Assembly: GCA_045806805.1 (NCBI GenBank)
Contig: JBJMIQ010000134.1
Location: forward strand, 1-61,482
Reading direction: 5' to 3'
DNA: 61,482 nucleotides
DNA from: Nocardioides sp.
GTDB lineage: Bacteria; Actinomycetota; Actinomycetes; Propionibacteriales; Nocardioidaceae
Shown: positions 9,006 through 18,706 of the stretch, one piece after another
Position numbering within the stretch: position 1 is the first letter of the stretch
Layout of the letters: every line of letters starts with the position of its first letter
Position numbers and translations under genes: made by a program
The notes under the pieces: generated by a model
What the model was told of the DNA's origin: nothing
Databases searched by the model: none
Seen by the model: the letters and a program-made list of their open reading frames with translations, nothing else

Positions 9006-10286
9006 TTACTGCTCGCAGTTGATGGCCAGGGCGCCTTCGCTTGGCCGCAAGCAAGTGTCGATGCCGTTTCCCCCGTCGTTGCGGTTGCGACCGGTCCCGC
9101 CGTCAAGCTGGTCAGCGCCTCCATTTCCAATCAGGACGTCGTCCCCTCGTCGACCATTGATGACGTCCCCCGAATTGGAGGGTCCACCGTCCAACCGGTT
9201 CGGCCCAGCGTTACCCAGGATGACGTCGCGCAGGTCGGTTCCGGTGACGTTCTCGACCGAACGGAGGGTGTACAACACCGGAGCAGCACCCTGGTTGCCC
9301 AACTGGGCCGCGTGATCCTGCAGGTCGACGAGGACACGGCCGGAGGAGCCTTCGCCGCCGAGAGGTTCACTGAAGTACACCCTGTCAGCACCGCCCTTCC
9401 CGGTCACGGACTCCGTCGGTGACCGCCCTCGGAAACAAGGAAACCCGGCGTAGAAGCCGTTGGCGGCCGCATCACCGATCAAGACGTCACTGCCGCCCCC
9501 CGTCAAGACGGTCTCGACATGGTGGAGCGCGTCAGCGCCGAAGCCGGCCCCTGAGGCAGAGCCCTTGCTGAGATCGACTGTGATCGCGTGGCAGTGACTG
9601 GAGGATCCGCCGCCAGACAGGACCTCGGCGTAGCTGACCAGGTCTCGTCCGGTTCCGCCGTCGATCGCCTCGTCCCCGGGACCGCTGCCGATGAAGTCAA
9701 CTCCTGCTCCCCCCATCACAGCGTTCGCGCCGTCGGGATCTTCAATGAAGTCACCATCGCGTCCCCCGAAAATTCGGTCACTTCGGCGATTCCCGTTCAG
9801 ATTGTCCCGACCAAGGCCCCCCCGCAGGGTGTCCCGCCCGTCGCCACCGTTCATGAAGTCGGCTCCTGCGTTGCCGATGAGCATGTCGGCACCGGCACCA
9901 CCAAAGACCTCGTCTGGGCCGCGCCCTCCGACGACGGTGTCCGCACCCGGACCACCGGAGAGGGACTGGAAGATGGGATCCCCGAACACGAACCTCGGTC
10001 GAGTCGAACCTCCACAGATCAGGTCGTCACCGCGACCGCCTGAGATGTCGTCGGAGCCGCGGCGGCCGACGATGACATCAGCACCGGCGGTCCCGACCAG
10101 GCTGTCGTTCCCGTCGGTGCCGACGATCGTGGCCGGTACGCCGCGGCAGGTGGGGACGGCCGCCGGGGCCTCGGCCGGGGCGCCGGTGGCTGGGCCGGGC
10201 GCAAACAACATCACAGGAACGAGCAGCAGTGCGGCGCGGCCGCGCGTACCGTCCCGCAGTCGGCGGGCGAAGTCGGAAGTCCTCAT
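9006..10286 (-). CDS. Secreted protein with RTX/hemolysin-type Ca2+-binding repeats
   Basis: Signal-peptide-like N-terminus, CRGVPATIVGTDGND, many GGxGxDxL nonapeptides. Confidence 0.85.
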   Translation of the reverse strand: MRTSDFARRLRDGTRGRAALLLVPVMLFAPGPATGAPAEAPAAVPTCRGVPATIVGTDGNDSLVGTAGADVIVGRRGSDDISGGRGDDLICGGSTRPRFVFGDPIFQSLSGGPGADTVVGGRGPDEVFGGAGADMLIGNAGADFMNGGDGRDTLRGGLGRDNLNGNRRSDRIFGGRDGDFIEDPDGANAVMGGAGVDFIGSGPGDEAIDGGTGRDLVSYAEVLSGGGSSSHCHAITVDLSKGSASGAGFGADALHHVETVLTGGGSDVLIGDAAANGFYAGFPCFRGRSPTESVTGKGGADRVYFSEPLGGEGSSGRVLVDLQDHAAQLGNQGAAPVLYTLRSVENVTGTDLRDVILGNAGPNRLDGGPSNSGDVINGRRGDDVLIGNGGADQLDGGTGRNRNDGGNGIDTCLRPSEGALAINCEQ

Positions 10287-10294
10287 CTTTGCCC

Positions 10295-10660
10295 CTAGGT
10301 CCGAATACCGATGAAGTGGACCTTCAGGCCTGCCGGGTCCTCGTAGCGGCAGTCCACCGTGGCGTGGTGCTGCGGGTCGAACCCCGGTACGTCGAAGGTC
10401 GTCACCGGTTCTGTGGTCCCCGGGAAGACGACCTCCACGTGCTTCGGCTTGATGATGTCGGTGTCACCGACGAGGTGAAAGCTGCTCCCGAAGCCGGCCG
10501 GGGTCAGATAAGCCTCGACCGTCGTGCCGCCGCAGTCGAGGACCCGGAGGTTGGTCCAGCTGTCCGGCGGGTCGGCTGCCTGTGTCGACGGCGTTCCCCA
10601 GACCAGCGAGGTGGCCACCAGGCCGGCTGTCGTGACTCCCACCCGTGCGAGTGCCTTCAT
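10295..10660 (-). CDS. Small secreted hypothetical protein (121 aa)
   Basis: MKALARVGVTTAGLVATSLVWGTPSTQAA signal peptide; purine-rich RBS; two Cys; stop 8 nt before the RTX gene. Confidence 0.7.
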   Translation of the reverse strand: MKALARVGVTTAGLVATSLVWGTPSTQAADPPDSWTNLRVLDCGGTTVEAYLTPAGFGSSFHLVGDTDIIKPKHVEVVFPGTTEPVTTFDVPGFDPQHHATVDCRYEDPAGLKVHFIGIRT

Positions 10661-10790
10661 CTTTGCGTCCCCTCTCCCCGCGTCCGGTCCAGACATTCTG
10701 CGTTCGGGTCGAGCCGGTGGGTATGGCCCAATCGGGTGGTCTGAGTCCCGGGTCGTGCCGCAAATGCGTGGTGGTGCGCCAGAGTTTGCG

Positions 10791-10828
10791 CTATCGTTTA
10801 TCGATAGATAACAACCGCTGCTCGATAG
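10791..10828. promoter_or_regulatory. Putative operator pair for the Xre regulator
   Basis: Palindrome CTATCG-TTTAT-CGATAG (10791-10807) and degenerate copy CAACCG-CTGCT-CGATAG (10812-10828) just upstream of the DUF2975-Xre operon. Confidence 0.55.
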
Positions 10829-10837
10829 GACGACGCC

Positions 10838-11335
10838 ATGGGAAGTCTGACCGTTCTCGCTTTGCGCATCGTGCTCGCGATGGTGCTCGCCGGCTCGCTG
10901 TTCGTGCAGGCGGTGATGGTGCCGCTGCTCGCCGCCGACCTGGACGGGCTCGAGCCCGACTACGCCTACCTGCGCACTCCGCTCCTCGCCATCTTCGTGC
11001 TGGGCATCGTGACCGTGCAGGTCACCGTCGTCTGCGTATGGCGGCTGCTCACGATGGTGCGGCGGGGCACGGTGTTCTCCCGTGCCGCCTTCAGGCACGT
11101 CGACATCATCTTCGGGGCCGTCGTGGCGGCGTCCCTGCTCACGTTCGCCCTCGGCGTCGTGCTCGCCCCCGGCGACACGGTTGCCCCGGGGATCGTGCTG
11201 CTCATCGGCGGGTTGGGCGTGATGGTCGCCGGCGGCGCTCTGATCGTCCTGGTGCTGCGGATGCTGCTCGCCCAGGCAGTCGCCCGGGACGCCGAGGCAG
11301 TCCACCTCCAGGCCGAGCTGGACGAGGTGATCTGA
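10838..11335 (+). CDS. DUF2975 family membrane protein
   Basis: Four hydrophobic segments, RRGTVFS, C-terminal LQAELDEVI; coupled to an Xre HTH gene. Confidence 0.85.
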   Translation: MGSLTVLALRIVLAMVLAGSLFVQAVMVPLLAADLDGLEPDYAYLRTPLLAIFVLGIVTVQVTVVCVWRLLTMVRRGTVFSRAAFRHVDIIFGAVVAASLLTFALGVVLAPGDTVAPGIVLLIGGLGVMVAGGALIVLVLRMLLAQAVARDAEAVHLQAELDEVI

Positions 11336-11613
11336 TGCCCATCGTCGTGGACGTCGACGTGATGCTGGCCCGGCGCAAGATCTCTGTCGGCGCCCTCGCC
11401 GAGCGGGTCGGGATCACCCCCGCCAACCTGGCGGTGCTCAAGAACGGCCGCGCCAAGGCCGTGCGCTTCACAACCCTCGAGGCGCTCTGCGAGGCGCTGC
11501 AATGTCAGCCCGGAGACATCCTGCGCTGGGAACCCGAGAACGAGCGACTCAGTCCTCGCGAGCCTCCGGACGGGTCATCCACTTCGACCACGCGAACGCG
11601 AGACCGAGCATGA
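11335..11613 (+). CDS. Xre/Cro-family HTH regulator (YozG-like)
   Basis: MPIVVDVDVMLARRK...ITPANLAVLKNGRAKAVRFTTLEALCEALQCQPGDIL; TGATG overlap. Confidence 0.9.
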   Translation: MPIVVDVDVMLARRKISVGALAERVGITPANLAVLKNGRAKAVRFTTLEALCEALQCQPGDILRWEPENERLSPREPPDGSSTSTTRTRDRA

Positions 11614-11662
11614 GGATGAGAAAAAGCGAAATCACGATTGCAAAGATCAACCACATCGGCAC
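11549..11662 (-). CDS. Putative 37-aa single-pass membrane microprotein
   Basis: GGAGGAGAGGTG RBS, then MPMWLIFAIVISLFLILMLGLAFAWSKWMTRPEARED*. Below the ORF-track size limit. Confidence 0.5.
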   Translation of the reverse strand: MPMWLIFAIVISLFLILMLGLAFAWSKWMTRPEARED

Positions 11663-11903
11663 GGCGACCACCTCTCCTCCAAGGTACGCCGCCGGAACCC
11701 GCGAGTCACGACTCGCCGAATACCCAGGTCAGTGGGGTCGGCGGTTGGTCGCGGAGCTTTCGTCCTCATCGGGTTCGATCGCGGAGGCGGCGCTCCCTGC
11801 CATCCCCGTCCGCGAGCGAGGACAGCATGGCGCATCCAGCAGCGTGGTGGAACCCGAACCACCCAATCTCTTCCGGAGAGCCCACCTCCGGGATCGACCG
11901 GGA

Positions 11904-12635
11904 CTAGCGGGCCAGCTTCTCCTCGAAGAACGCCAGCACCCGGTCCACCGCCTGCTCTTGCCGATGGGCGGTGACGGTGGAGTGACCGCGACCCTCGAGC
12001 TCGACGCGGATGAACCTGTCCCCGATCTCCCGCGTGAGCCTCTCGAAGCGCTTCCCGACCGCCGGGTCCTTGCGGTAGCGCAGGCCGAGGACCTCGCAGC
12101 CGGCCGCGGCACGTTCCTTCACGGTCGTCAGGTCGGCGGGGGAGAGATTGAGGTCCCGGGAGCGGCCCGGAGAGACGGCGAACGGCGCGGACGGCTGGGC
12201 CACCACGGGCGCCGCGACGGCGGGGTCGACCATCATCGCCAGCGCGAATCCTCCGGTGAAGCACATGCCGATCGCGCCCACACCGGGCCCGCCCAGCTCG
12301 CCGTGCAGCTCCCGGGCCAGGCTGCGCAGCCACCCGGCAACGGGCGTGGTCTGGCCGGTGGCGAGCTTGGTGAACTCCCGGCTGATGCAGACCCGGGACA
12401 TCGTCCTGGCGACCGTGAGCGCCTTCATCGGGGCCTCGGGCTCGCCGAACAGGTGCGGCATCACGACCGTGAAGCCGGCATCGACCACCTCCTCCGCGAA
12501 CCCGATCACCTCGGGCGTGATCCCCGGGATCTCGTGGATCACGATGACTCCGGGTCCTGTGCCCTTGCGGTACGTCGGGTGCGTGACGCCGTCGGCCCTG
12601 TGCTGTCCGCGCGTCCAGGAATCGAGTTGGGGCAT
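11904..12635 (-). CDS. Dienelactone hydrolase family protein
   Basis: IHEIPG, GMCFTGG (Cys nucleophile), GHSTVT. Confidence 0.88.
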   Translation of the reverse strand: MPQLDSWTRGQHRADGVTHPTYRKGTGPGVIVIHEIPGITPEVIGFAEEVVDAGFTVVMPHLFGEPEAPMKALTVARTMSRVCISREFTKLATGQTTPVAGWLRSLARELHGELGGPGVGAIGMCFTGGFALAMMVDPAVAAPVVAQPSAPFAVSPGRSRDLNLSPADLTTVKERAAAGCEVLGLRYRKDPAVGKRFERLTREIGDRFIRVELEGRGHSTVTAHRQEQAVDRVLAFFEEKLAR

Positions 12636-12800
12636 GTACCGAGTATGGGGGGCAAAGTGCGCATTCCGCCGCGGCCGCGAGAGCCAGAACCCTGGTCTTG
12701 AGCGCCCGACCTCCCTCCTGACAGGCGCATCGGGCGGGTCCTCCTCGACCGGTTGTAGCCGTCGCGGCCGCCCTTATTGTGGCGGCGCACAATGGGAGGC

Positions 12801-14336
12801 ATGGCCCGGTCCTCGTGGATCAACGTGCCACTGCGGTGGCGGGTCATCCTTCTGCTCGTCGCGCTGGCCACGCTCACGATCGTCAACACGGCGCTGGCGA
12901 GGACCGAGATCGTCAAGGTCAGCACCCTGGAGCGGGCGGACGCCACACTGGACGACGCGGGAGGAGCTCTCGAGGAGCTGCAGGCCACCGAGACCGACCA
13001 GGCCCTCTCCATCCGCGGCTTCGCGCTCACCGGCGAGGAGAGCTTTCTTCGGGCCTACCAGGCGCAGCGGCTCGAGCAGCGCGGGCTCGAGGCTGAGCTG
13101 CGAACGGACTTGGCAGGGGAGGAGCAACTGCTCGAGCAGACCGACCAGATGCAGGACGTGATGGCGGAGTGGCGGCGCCAGGCGGTCGCACCGATCCTGG
13201 CGGCACCCCCTGAACAGCTCACCCGGACCGGCGCCCGAGTAATGGCGGGCCCCGGCGACGAGCTCTTCAACAGACTTCGGGAGGCGGACAAGCGGCTCGA
13301 TGACGCTCTCGACGCCCGCCACGATGCAGTGCACTCCGAGATCCTCGCCGCCCGGTCCCGGCTGAACGCGGCTCTGCTGACCACCTCCGCGCTGGCGCTG
13401 GCGGTGGTGCTCGCCTCCGCGTGGGCCATGCGGCGCTGGATCACCGCCCCAGTCGACGTTCTGTCCATCGAGACGGACCAAGTCGCCGCCGGCGACCTGG
13501 ACATCCACATCCGCGCAATCGGCCCTCCGGAGTTCGAGAGGATCGGTGCCAACGTCGAGCGCATGCGCCGGCGAATCGTGAACGAGCTGCGGGCCACAAG
13601 GCAGGCGATCGAGGGCCTGGAACAGAACGCGCCCCTCGTGGCCAGCATTCGCGAACAGCTGGCCGCCAGCCCCGACGTGGACCTACCCGACAGCCTCCAG
13701 GTGGTGGCCAGGATGGAACCGGCCCACGGTGTGCTGGCCGGCGACTGGTACGACGTGCTCAACGTGGACGGTCAACACGTGACGCTCGTGGTGGTCGACG
13801 TGTCCGGGCATGGGCCGCGGGCCGGGCTCCGTGCCTTGTGGCTCAAACACCTGCTGATGCCCGCCATCCACCTGGGCCTGCAGCCCGGCGAGGCGCTCAA
13901 CTGGGTGGCCAGCGAGATGGGCGCCACAGAGGAGTGGTTCGCGACGTGCGTGATCATCGATGTCGACAGCACCACCGGTGAGTGCCGTTATGCCAACGCC
14001 GGCCACCTGCCTCCACTGCTGTTCGGGCCCGACGGCGTGGTGGAACTGACGGGAACCGGCCCGATCTTCGGGCCCCTGCCGGACCAGCGGTGGAGCACCG
14101 GCTCGGTGGCACTGGGTCCGAGCGAGATGCTCGTCGTCTACACGGACGGGATCACCGAGGCGCGGAACAGCTCCGGGGAAGAGTTCGGCGAGCGGCGCCT
14201 CATCTCTCTCTTCCCCAGCGAATCCCGACGCGACGTCTCCAGGCTGACCGATGACGTCATGGACAGCGTCCACATGTTCGGTTCCGATCGGCTCAAGGAC
14301 GACGCGACCCTGGCTGTCGTGACCTACGGCGACTAG
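12801..14336 (+). CDS. Membrane sensor PP2C/SpoIIE phosphatase (CHASE3-like + HAMP + SpoIIE)
   Basis: Two TM segments, IRGFALTGEESFL, AGDWYD, VDVSGHG, NAGHLPP, YTDGITEA, DDAT. Confidence 0.88.
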   Translation: MARSSWINVPLRWRVILLLVALATLTIVNTALARTEIVKVSTLERADATLDDAGGALEELQATETDQALSIRGFALTGEESFLRAYQAQRLEQRGLEAELRTDLAGEEQLLEQTDQMQDVMAEWRRQAVAPILAAPPEQLTRTGARVMAGPGDELFNRLREADKRLDDALDARHDAVHSEILAARSRLNAALLTTSALALAVVLASAWAMRRWITAPVDVLSIETDQVAAGDLDIHIRAIGPPEFERIGANVERMRRRIVNELRATRQAIEGLEQNAPLVASIREQLAASPDVDLPDSLQVVARMEPAHGVLAGDWYDVLNVDGQHVTLVVVDVSGHGPRAGLRALWLKHLLMPAIHLGLQPGEALNWVASEMGATEEWFATCVIIDVDSTTGECRYANAGHLPPLLFGPDGVVELTGTGPIFGPLPDQRWSTGSVALGPSEMLVVYTDGITEARNSSGEEFGERRLISLFPSESRRDVSRLTDDVMDSVHMFGSDRLKDDATLAVVTYGD

Positions 14337-15229
14337 GACATCGAGGTCGAGGCGAGCGTCAGCACGCAGTCGGCCAGGACGGGGGCACCGTCCCGTTCTC
14401 CCTGACCCGTGACCGCTGCGGAAGCCACGATCCGACCGTTCTCATTCCAGGCCTGGACCCGGATGGTCTCGCCGGGGAACACGACGCCGGCGAAGCGGGC
14501 GGTGAAGGCACCCACCTTGGTCGCGTCCCCGCCGAGCAGCGCCTCGGTGAGGAGTCGCAGGACGATGCCATAGGTGCACAGGCCGTGCAGGATGGGCCCA
14601 GGGAAGCCGGCGGACTTGGCGAAGTCCGGGTCCGCATGGAGCGGGTTCCGGTCGCCGCAGAGCCGGTAGAGCAGCGCCTGCTGGGGAGTCACGTCGTACG
14701 TCGTGTCGGCATCCGGCGGGCGGTCGGGGAGGGTGACCTTCTCCGACGTACCCCGCTCGCCGCCCCAGCCGCCCTCGCCGCGAACGAAGATCGACGACCT
14801 GACCGTCCAGAGGTCCTCACCCTCCGGGTCGGTCGCGGTGCCCTCCTGCCAGATCACCGCCGCCTTGCCCTTGTCCCAGACGTCGGTGATCCGGGTGCGC
14901 AACGTGGCCGAGCCGGAGGTCGGGAGAGGGGCGTGGACGATGACCGACTGCGACCCGTGGACGACCTGGGCCAGGTTGATGTCGCAGCCGGGCAAGTCCA
15001 GGGGCGGGGGGTCGGTCTCGTGGAACGTCGGCACCACGACCCCGAACGAGGGCAGCACCTGGAGACCGGGACCGTCGTAGGTCCAGCGCAGGGCATCGGG
15101 GGAGACCTGGTCGCCAGGGCGGGAGCCCGCGCCGAGGGCCAGGTGGTAGAGCAGCACGTCGCTCGCGTCCCAGGCGAAGGCCCGGTCCGGCAGCTCGGCG
15201 CCGATGGCGACGGCCGGGTCGATCGGCAT
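14333..15229 (-). CDS. hsd4B: Double hot-dog MaoC hydratase (Rv3538/ChsH3/Hsd4B)
   Basis: LYRLCGDRNPLHADP...PILHGLCTYG hydratase-2 motif; directly downstream of kstD as in M. tuberculosis. Confidence 0.88.
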   Translation of the reverse strand: MPIDPAVAIGAELPDRAFAWDASDVLLYHLALGAGSRPGDQVSPDALRWTYDGPGLQVLPSFGVVVPTFHETDPPPLDLPGCDINLAQVVHGSQSVIVHAPLPTSGSATLRTRITDVWDKGKAAVIWQEGTATDPEGEDLWTVRSSIFVRGEGGWGGERGTSEKVTLPDRPPDADTTYDVTPQQALLYRLCGDRNPLHADPDFAKSAGFPGPILHGLCTYGIVLRLLTEALLGGDATKVGAFTARFAGVVFPGETIRVQAWNENGRIVASAAVTGQGERDGAPVLADCVLTLASTSMS

Positions 15230-16968
15230 CAGGCCTCCTTCTGGGCTCCGGGGTTTCGAGACGGGCCTTGACGGCCCTCCTCAACCACCGGAGACCGCGC
15301 GATGTCGAGGGCGGCCAGGTAACCGAAGGTCAGCGCCGGGCCGATGGTGGCGCCCGGGCCGGCGTAGGTGTGGCCCATGACGGCGGAGGAGACGTTCCCG
15401 GCGGCGTAGAGCCCGGAGATCACCGACCCGTCCGGTCGCAGCACCCGCGCACGCTCATCGGTGACCAACCCGCCCTTGGTGCCGAGGTCACCGGGGACGA
15501 TCTTGACAGCGTAGAAGGGCGCCTGGTCGATCGCGTGGAGCGAGGGGTTCGGCTTGACCGTGGGGTCGGAGTAGTAGCGGTCGTAGCCGCTCTCGCCGCG
15601 GTGGAAGTCCTCGTCGACGCCGGAGGCGGCGAAGCCATTGAAGCGCCGCACGGTCTCCTCCAGCGCGTCGGCGGGCACCCCGATCTCCTCGGCCAGGCCG
15701 GCCAGCGTGCCGGCTTTCTTCACGGTGCCGTGCTTGTACCACCGGCCGGGGAACGGCTGCCGCGGTGAGAGTCCCGCGAACAGGTAGCGGTTGCGGTAGC
15801 GCTGGTCGATCACCATCCACGCCGGTACGTGCTGGACCCCCGTCGCCTCGCCCGCGTACGTCGCGTGGACCGCCTCGACGTAGGGCATCGCCTCGTTCAT
15901 GAACCGTCGGCCGGCGGCGTTGACGATGATCGAGCCGGGCAGGTTGCGTTCGGCCAGACAGAACCACGGACCCGATGGCAGCGGGATCGTCGGTCCCCAC
16001 CAGGCGTCGTCGAGCAGGTCGGTCTGGGCGCCGGCGGCGATCCCGGCCAGGATGCCGCCGCCGGTGTTGTTGACCGAGCCCGTGGTCCAGTCGATCGACG
16101 TCGGCTGCGGCTGGTACTTCTCGCGCATCTCGAGGTTCTTCTCGAACCCGCCGCTGCCGAGGATCACGCCGCGCCGGGCCCGGATCGTCGTCGGGCTGCC
16201 GTGGTGGAGCACGCGGACGCCCACGACCCGGCCGTCCTCGATCAGCAGATCGGTCAGCTCGGTCTCGTAGTGCACCGGCACGCCGGCATCGATCAGCCCC
16301 TGGCGCAGCCCGATGGACAGGGCGTTGCCCATCGCGTACATCTTTCGCCCACGCAGGCTGCTCCACATCCGGGCCACCATGACCCGCAGCATGGTGAGCG
16401 GGCCGCGCAGGGTGCGCAGCCCCAGGCTGATCTTGCGGAAGTCGGCCTGCGTGACGATCAGGTTGGCCGGCGCCTTGGTGTACGCCGGATGCAGCCGCCC
16501 GAGCTCCTCGTCGCCGAGCGACCGGGCGTCCATCGGCACCGGTTCGACGCTGCGGCCGCGGACCCGCCCGCCGGGCGCCTCGGGGTGGTAGTCGGAGTAC
16601 TCGGGCACCCAGGCGAAGCGGAGGGGGGTGTGCTCGCGGAGGAAGTCCATGACCTCCGGCCCGCGGTCCAGGAACGTGTCACGGCGGACCTTGGGCACGT
16701 CGCCCCCGACGATCGAGTCGAGGTAGAGCTTGCTCTGCTCCAGATCGTCCGGGTCGACCTGTCCCGCTGACCTCAGGGCGTCGTTGCCGGGGATCCAGAC
16801 GCCGCCGCCGCTGCGGGCCGTGGAGCCGCCGAACCACGGGCTCTTCTCCACGAGCACGGTCTCGAGGCCACGCTTCCTGGCCGCGAGGGCCGCTGTCATG
16901 CCCGCGCCACCGGCGCCGACCACGACCACGTCGACCTCGGTCGGCAGGCTCGGCGGAGTCCCTGTCAT
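15229..16968 (-). CDS. kstD: 3-ketosteroid-delta1-dehydrogenase
   Basis: VVVVGAGGAG, GGSTARSGGGVWIP, YSDYHPE, GDLGTKGG, YAGPGATIG; divergent from hsaEGF. Confidence 0.95.
   Translation of the reverse strand: MTGTPPSLPTEVDVVVVGAGGAGMTAALAARKRGLETVLVEKSPWFGGSTARSGGGVWIPGNDALRSAGQVDPDDLEQSKLYLDSIVGGDVPKVRRDTFLDRGPEVMDFLREHTPLRFAWVPEYSDYHPEAPGGRVRGRSVEPVPMDARSLGDEELGRLHPAYTKAPANLIVTQADFRKISLGLRTLRGPLTMLRVMVARMWSSLRGRKMYAMGNALSIGLRQGLIDAGVPVHYETELTDLLIEDGRVVGVRVLHHGSPTTIRARRGVILGSGGFEKNLEMREKYQPQPTSIDWTTGSVNNTGGGILAGIAAGAQTDLLDDAWWGPTIPLPSGPWFCLAERNLPGSIIVNAAGRRFMNEAMPYVEAVHATYAGEATGVQHVPAWMVIDQRYRNRYLFAGLSPRQPFPGRWYKHGTVKKAGTLAGLAEEIGVPADALEETVRRFNGFAASGVDEDFHRGESGYDRYYSDPTVKPNPSLHAIDQAPFYAVKIVPGDLGTKGGLVTDERARVLRPDGSVISGLYAAGNVSSAVMGHTYAGPGATIGPALTFGYLAALDIARSPVVEEGRQGPSRNPGAQKEA
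15246..15293. repeat. REP-like palindromic repeat inside the kstD 3' end
   Basis: CTCCGG-GGTTTCGAG-AC-GGGCC-TTGAC-GGCCC-TC-CTCAACC-A-CCGGAG. Confidence 0.7.
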
Positions 16969-16978
16969 GGCGCAAAAC

Positions 16979-16992
16979 TGTAACAGGTTCTA
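16979..16992. promoter_or_regulatory. KstR operator
   Basis: TGTAACAGGTTCTA fits the consensus exactly; in the very short kstD/hsaE gap. Confidence 0.9.
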
Positions 16993-16994
16993 GA

Positions 16995-17801
16995 ATGCCG
17001 GACGTGATCTCACAGGACGCGATCTCGGCCGCCGTCGAGCGCCTGGACCAGGCTCGGACGACCCGTGTCCCGTGCGCGCCGGTGCGCGACCTGATCGGCA
17101 CCGACGACCTCGCGGCGGCGTACTCGGTCCAGCAGGGATTGGTGGACAGGCGTCGCGCCACGGGCGCGGGGGTCGTCGGTCGCAAGATCGGTGCGACATC
17201 GGAGGCGGTGCAGAGTCAGCTCGGCGTCGATCAGCCTGACTTCGGCTACCTGCTGGACGAGATGGACGTCAGCTCACAGTCACCGATCTCGATGCGGACG
17301 CTCCTGCAGCCGCGGGTGGAGGCCGAGGTCGCGTTCTTGATGTCTCGCACGGTCGCACCGGCTACGGAGGATGACATCACGCTCGAGCTCGTCAGCCTCG
17401 CGGTCGAGGCGGCCCTGCCGGCCTTGGAGATCGTGGACTCCCGCATCGAGAACTGGGACATCACCTTCACCGACACCGTGGCCGACAACGCGTCCAGTGG
17501 CCTCTTCGTCGTCGGTGGCGCAGGCCGTTCCCTCGACGAGGTCACCCCGGTCGACGTCGAGATGTCACTCACGATCAACGGTGAGGTTCGCTCGTCCGGC
17601 AACGGCGCCGCCTGCCTCGGTGACCCGCTGGAGGCGCTGCGTTGGCTCGCCGTCCAGTGCTACCGCTTCGGCGACCCGCTCAAGGCGGGACACCTCGTTC
17701 TGTCCGGAGCGCTCGGACCTTTCGTACCGTTCGCGCCGGGCGACAAGGTGGAGGCATCGATCAGCGGGTTCGACCCGCTCGTCGCAGAGTTCAAGGAGTA
17801 G
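16995..17801 (+). CDS. hsaE: 2-hydroxyhexa/penta-2,4-dienoate hydratase
   Basis: [39 protein letters not shown]. The true start may be GTG 17004. Confidence 0.92.
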   Translation: MPDVISQDAISAAVERLDQARTTRVPCAPVRDLIGTDDLAAAYSVQQGLVDRRRATGAGVVGRKIGATSEAVQSQLGVDQPDFGYLLDEMDVSSQSPISMRTLLQPRVEAEVAFLMSRTVAPATEDDITLELVSLAVEAALPALEIVDSRIENWDITFTDTVADNASSGLFVVGGAGRSLDEVTPVDVEMSLTINGEVRSSGNGAACLGDPLEALRWLAVQCYRFGDPLKAGHLVLSGALGPFVPFAPGDKVEASISGFDPLVAEFKE

Positions 17802-17803
17802 AC

Positions 17804-18706
17804 GTGACCAAGAAGACCGCCGCCATCGTCGGCCCGGGCAACATCGGGACCGACCTGATGTACAAGCTGCTGGGCTCGGAGGTGATCGAGCCGCGCTGGA
17901 TGATCGGCGTCGACCCCACCAGCGAGGGCCTGCGCCTCGCCGACGGGCTCGGCCTCGAGTCGAGCCACGAAGGCGTCGACTGGTTGCTGAAGCAGGACCA
18001 GCTGCCCGACCTGATCTTCGAGGCCACCTCCGCACAGATCCACCGCGACTACGCGCCCCGCTACGAGGAGGCGGGCATCCGCGCGGTCGACCTCACCCCG
18101 GCCGCCGTCGGTCCGGCCGTGATCCCACCCGTCAACGGCCAGGAGCACTCGTCGGCGCCCAACGTCAACATGATCACCTGCGGCGGACAGGCGACGATCC
18201 CCATGGTCGCCGCGGTGTCCCGGGTGGCGCCGGTGTCGTACGCCGAGATCGTCGCCTCGGTCGCCTCGCTGTCCGCCGGACCGGGCACCCGGGCCAACAT
18301 CGACGAGTTCACCCGCACCACCGCCGCCGGGGTCGAGTCGATCGGCGGCGCCGAGCGGGGCAAGGCGATCATCATCCTCAACCCCGCCGACCCGCCGATG
18401 ATCATGCGGGACACGATCTTCTGCGCCGTGGCCCCGGAGAGCGACCAGGACGCGATCGTCCGCTCGGTGCAGGACATGGTCCGGGCCGTGCAGGAGTACG
18501 TGCCCGGATACCGGCTGCTGCAGGAGCCGCAGATCGACGAGCCCTCGCCGGCCACGAAGGGGCAACTCAAGGTGAGCGTGTTCGTCGAGGTTGAGGGCGC
18601 CGGTGACTACCTGCCGCCGTACGCCGGCAACCTCGACATCATGACGGCCGCCGCGACCCAGGTGGGCGAGCACCTCGCCCGCTCGATGGATGGAGCTACC
18701 GCATGA
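17804..18706 (+). CDS. hsaG: Acylating aldehyde dehydrogenase
   Basis: [47 protein letters not shown]. Confidence 0.95.
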   Translation: MTKKTAAIVGPGNIGTDLMYKLLGSEVIEPRWMIGVDPTSEGLRLADGLGLESSHEGVDWLLKQDQLPDLIFEATSAQIHRDYAPRYEEAGIRAVDLTPAAVGPAVIPPVNGQEHSSAPNVNMITCGGQATIPMVAAVSRVAPVSYAEIVASVASLSAGPGTRANIDEFTRTTAAGVESIGGAERGKAIIILNPADPPMIMRDTIFCAVAPESDQDAIVRSVQDMVRAVQEYVPGYRLLQEPQIDEPSPATKGQLKVSVFVEVEGAGDYLPPYAGNLDIMTAAATQVGEHLARSMDGATA

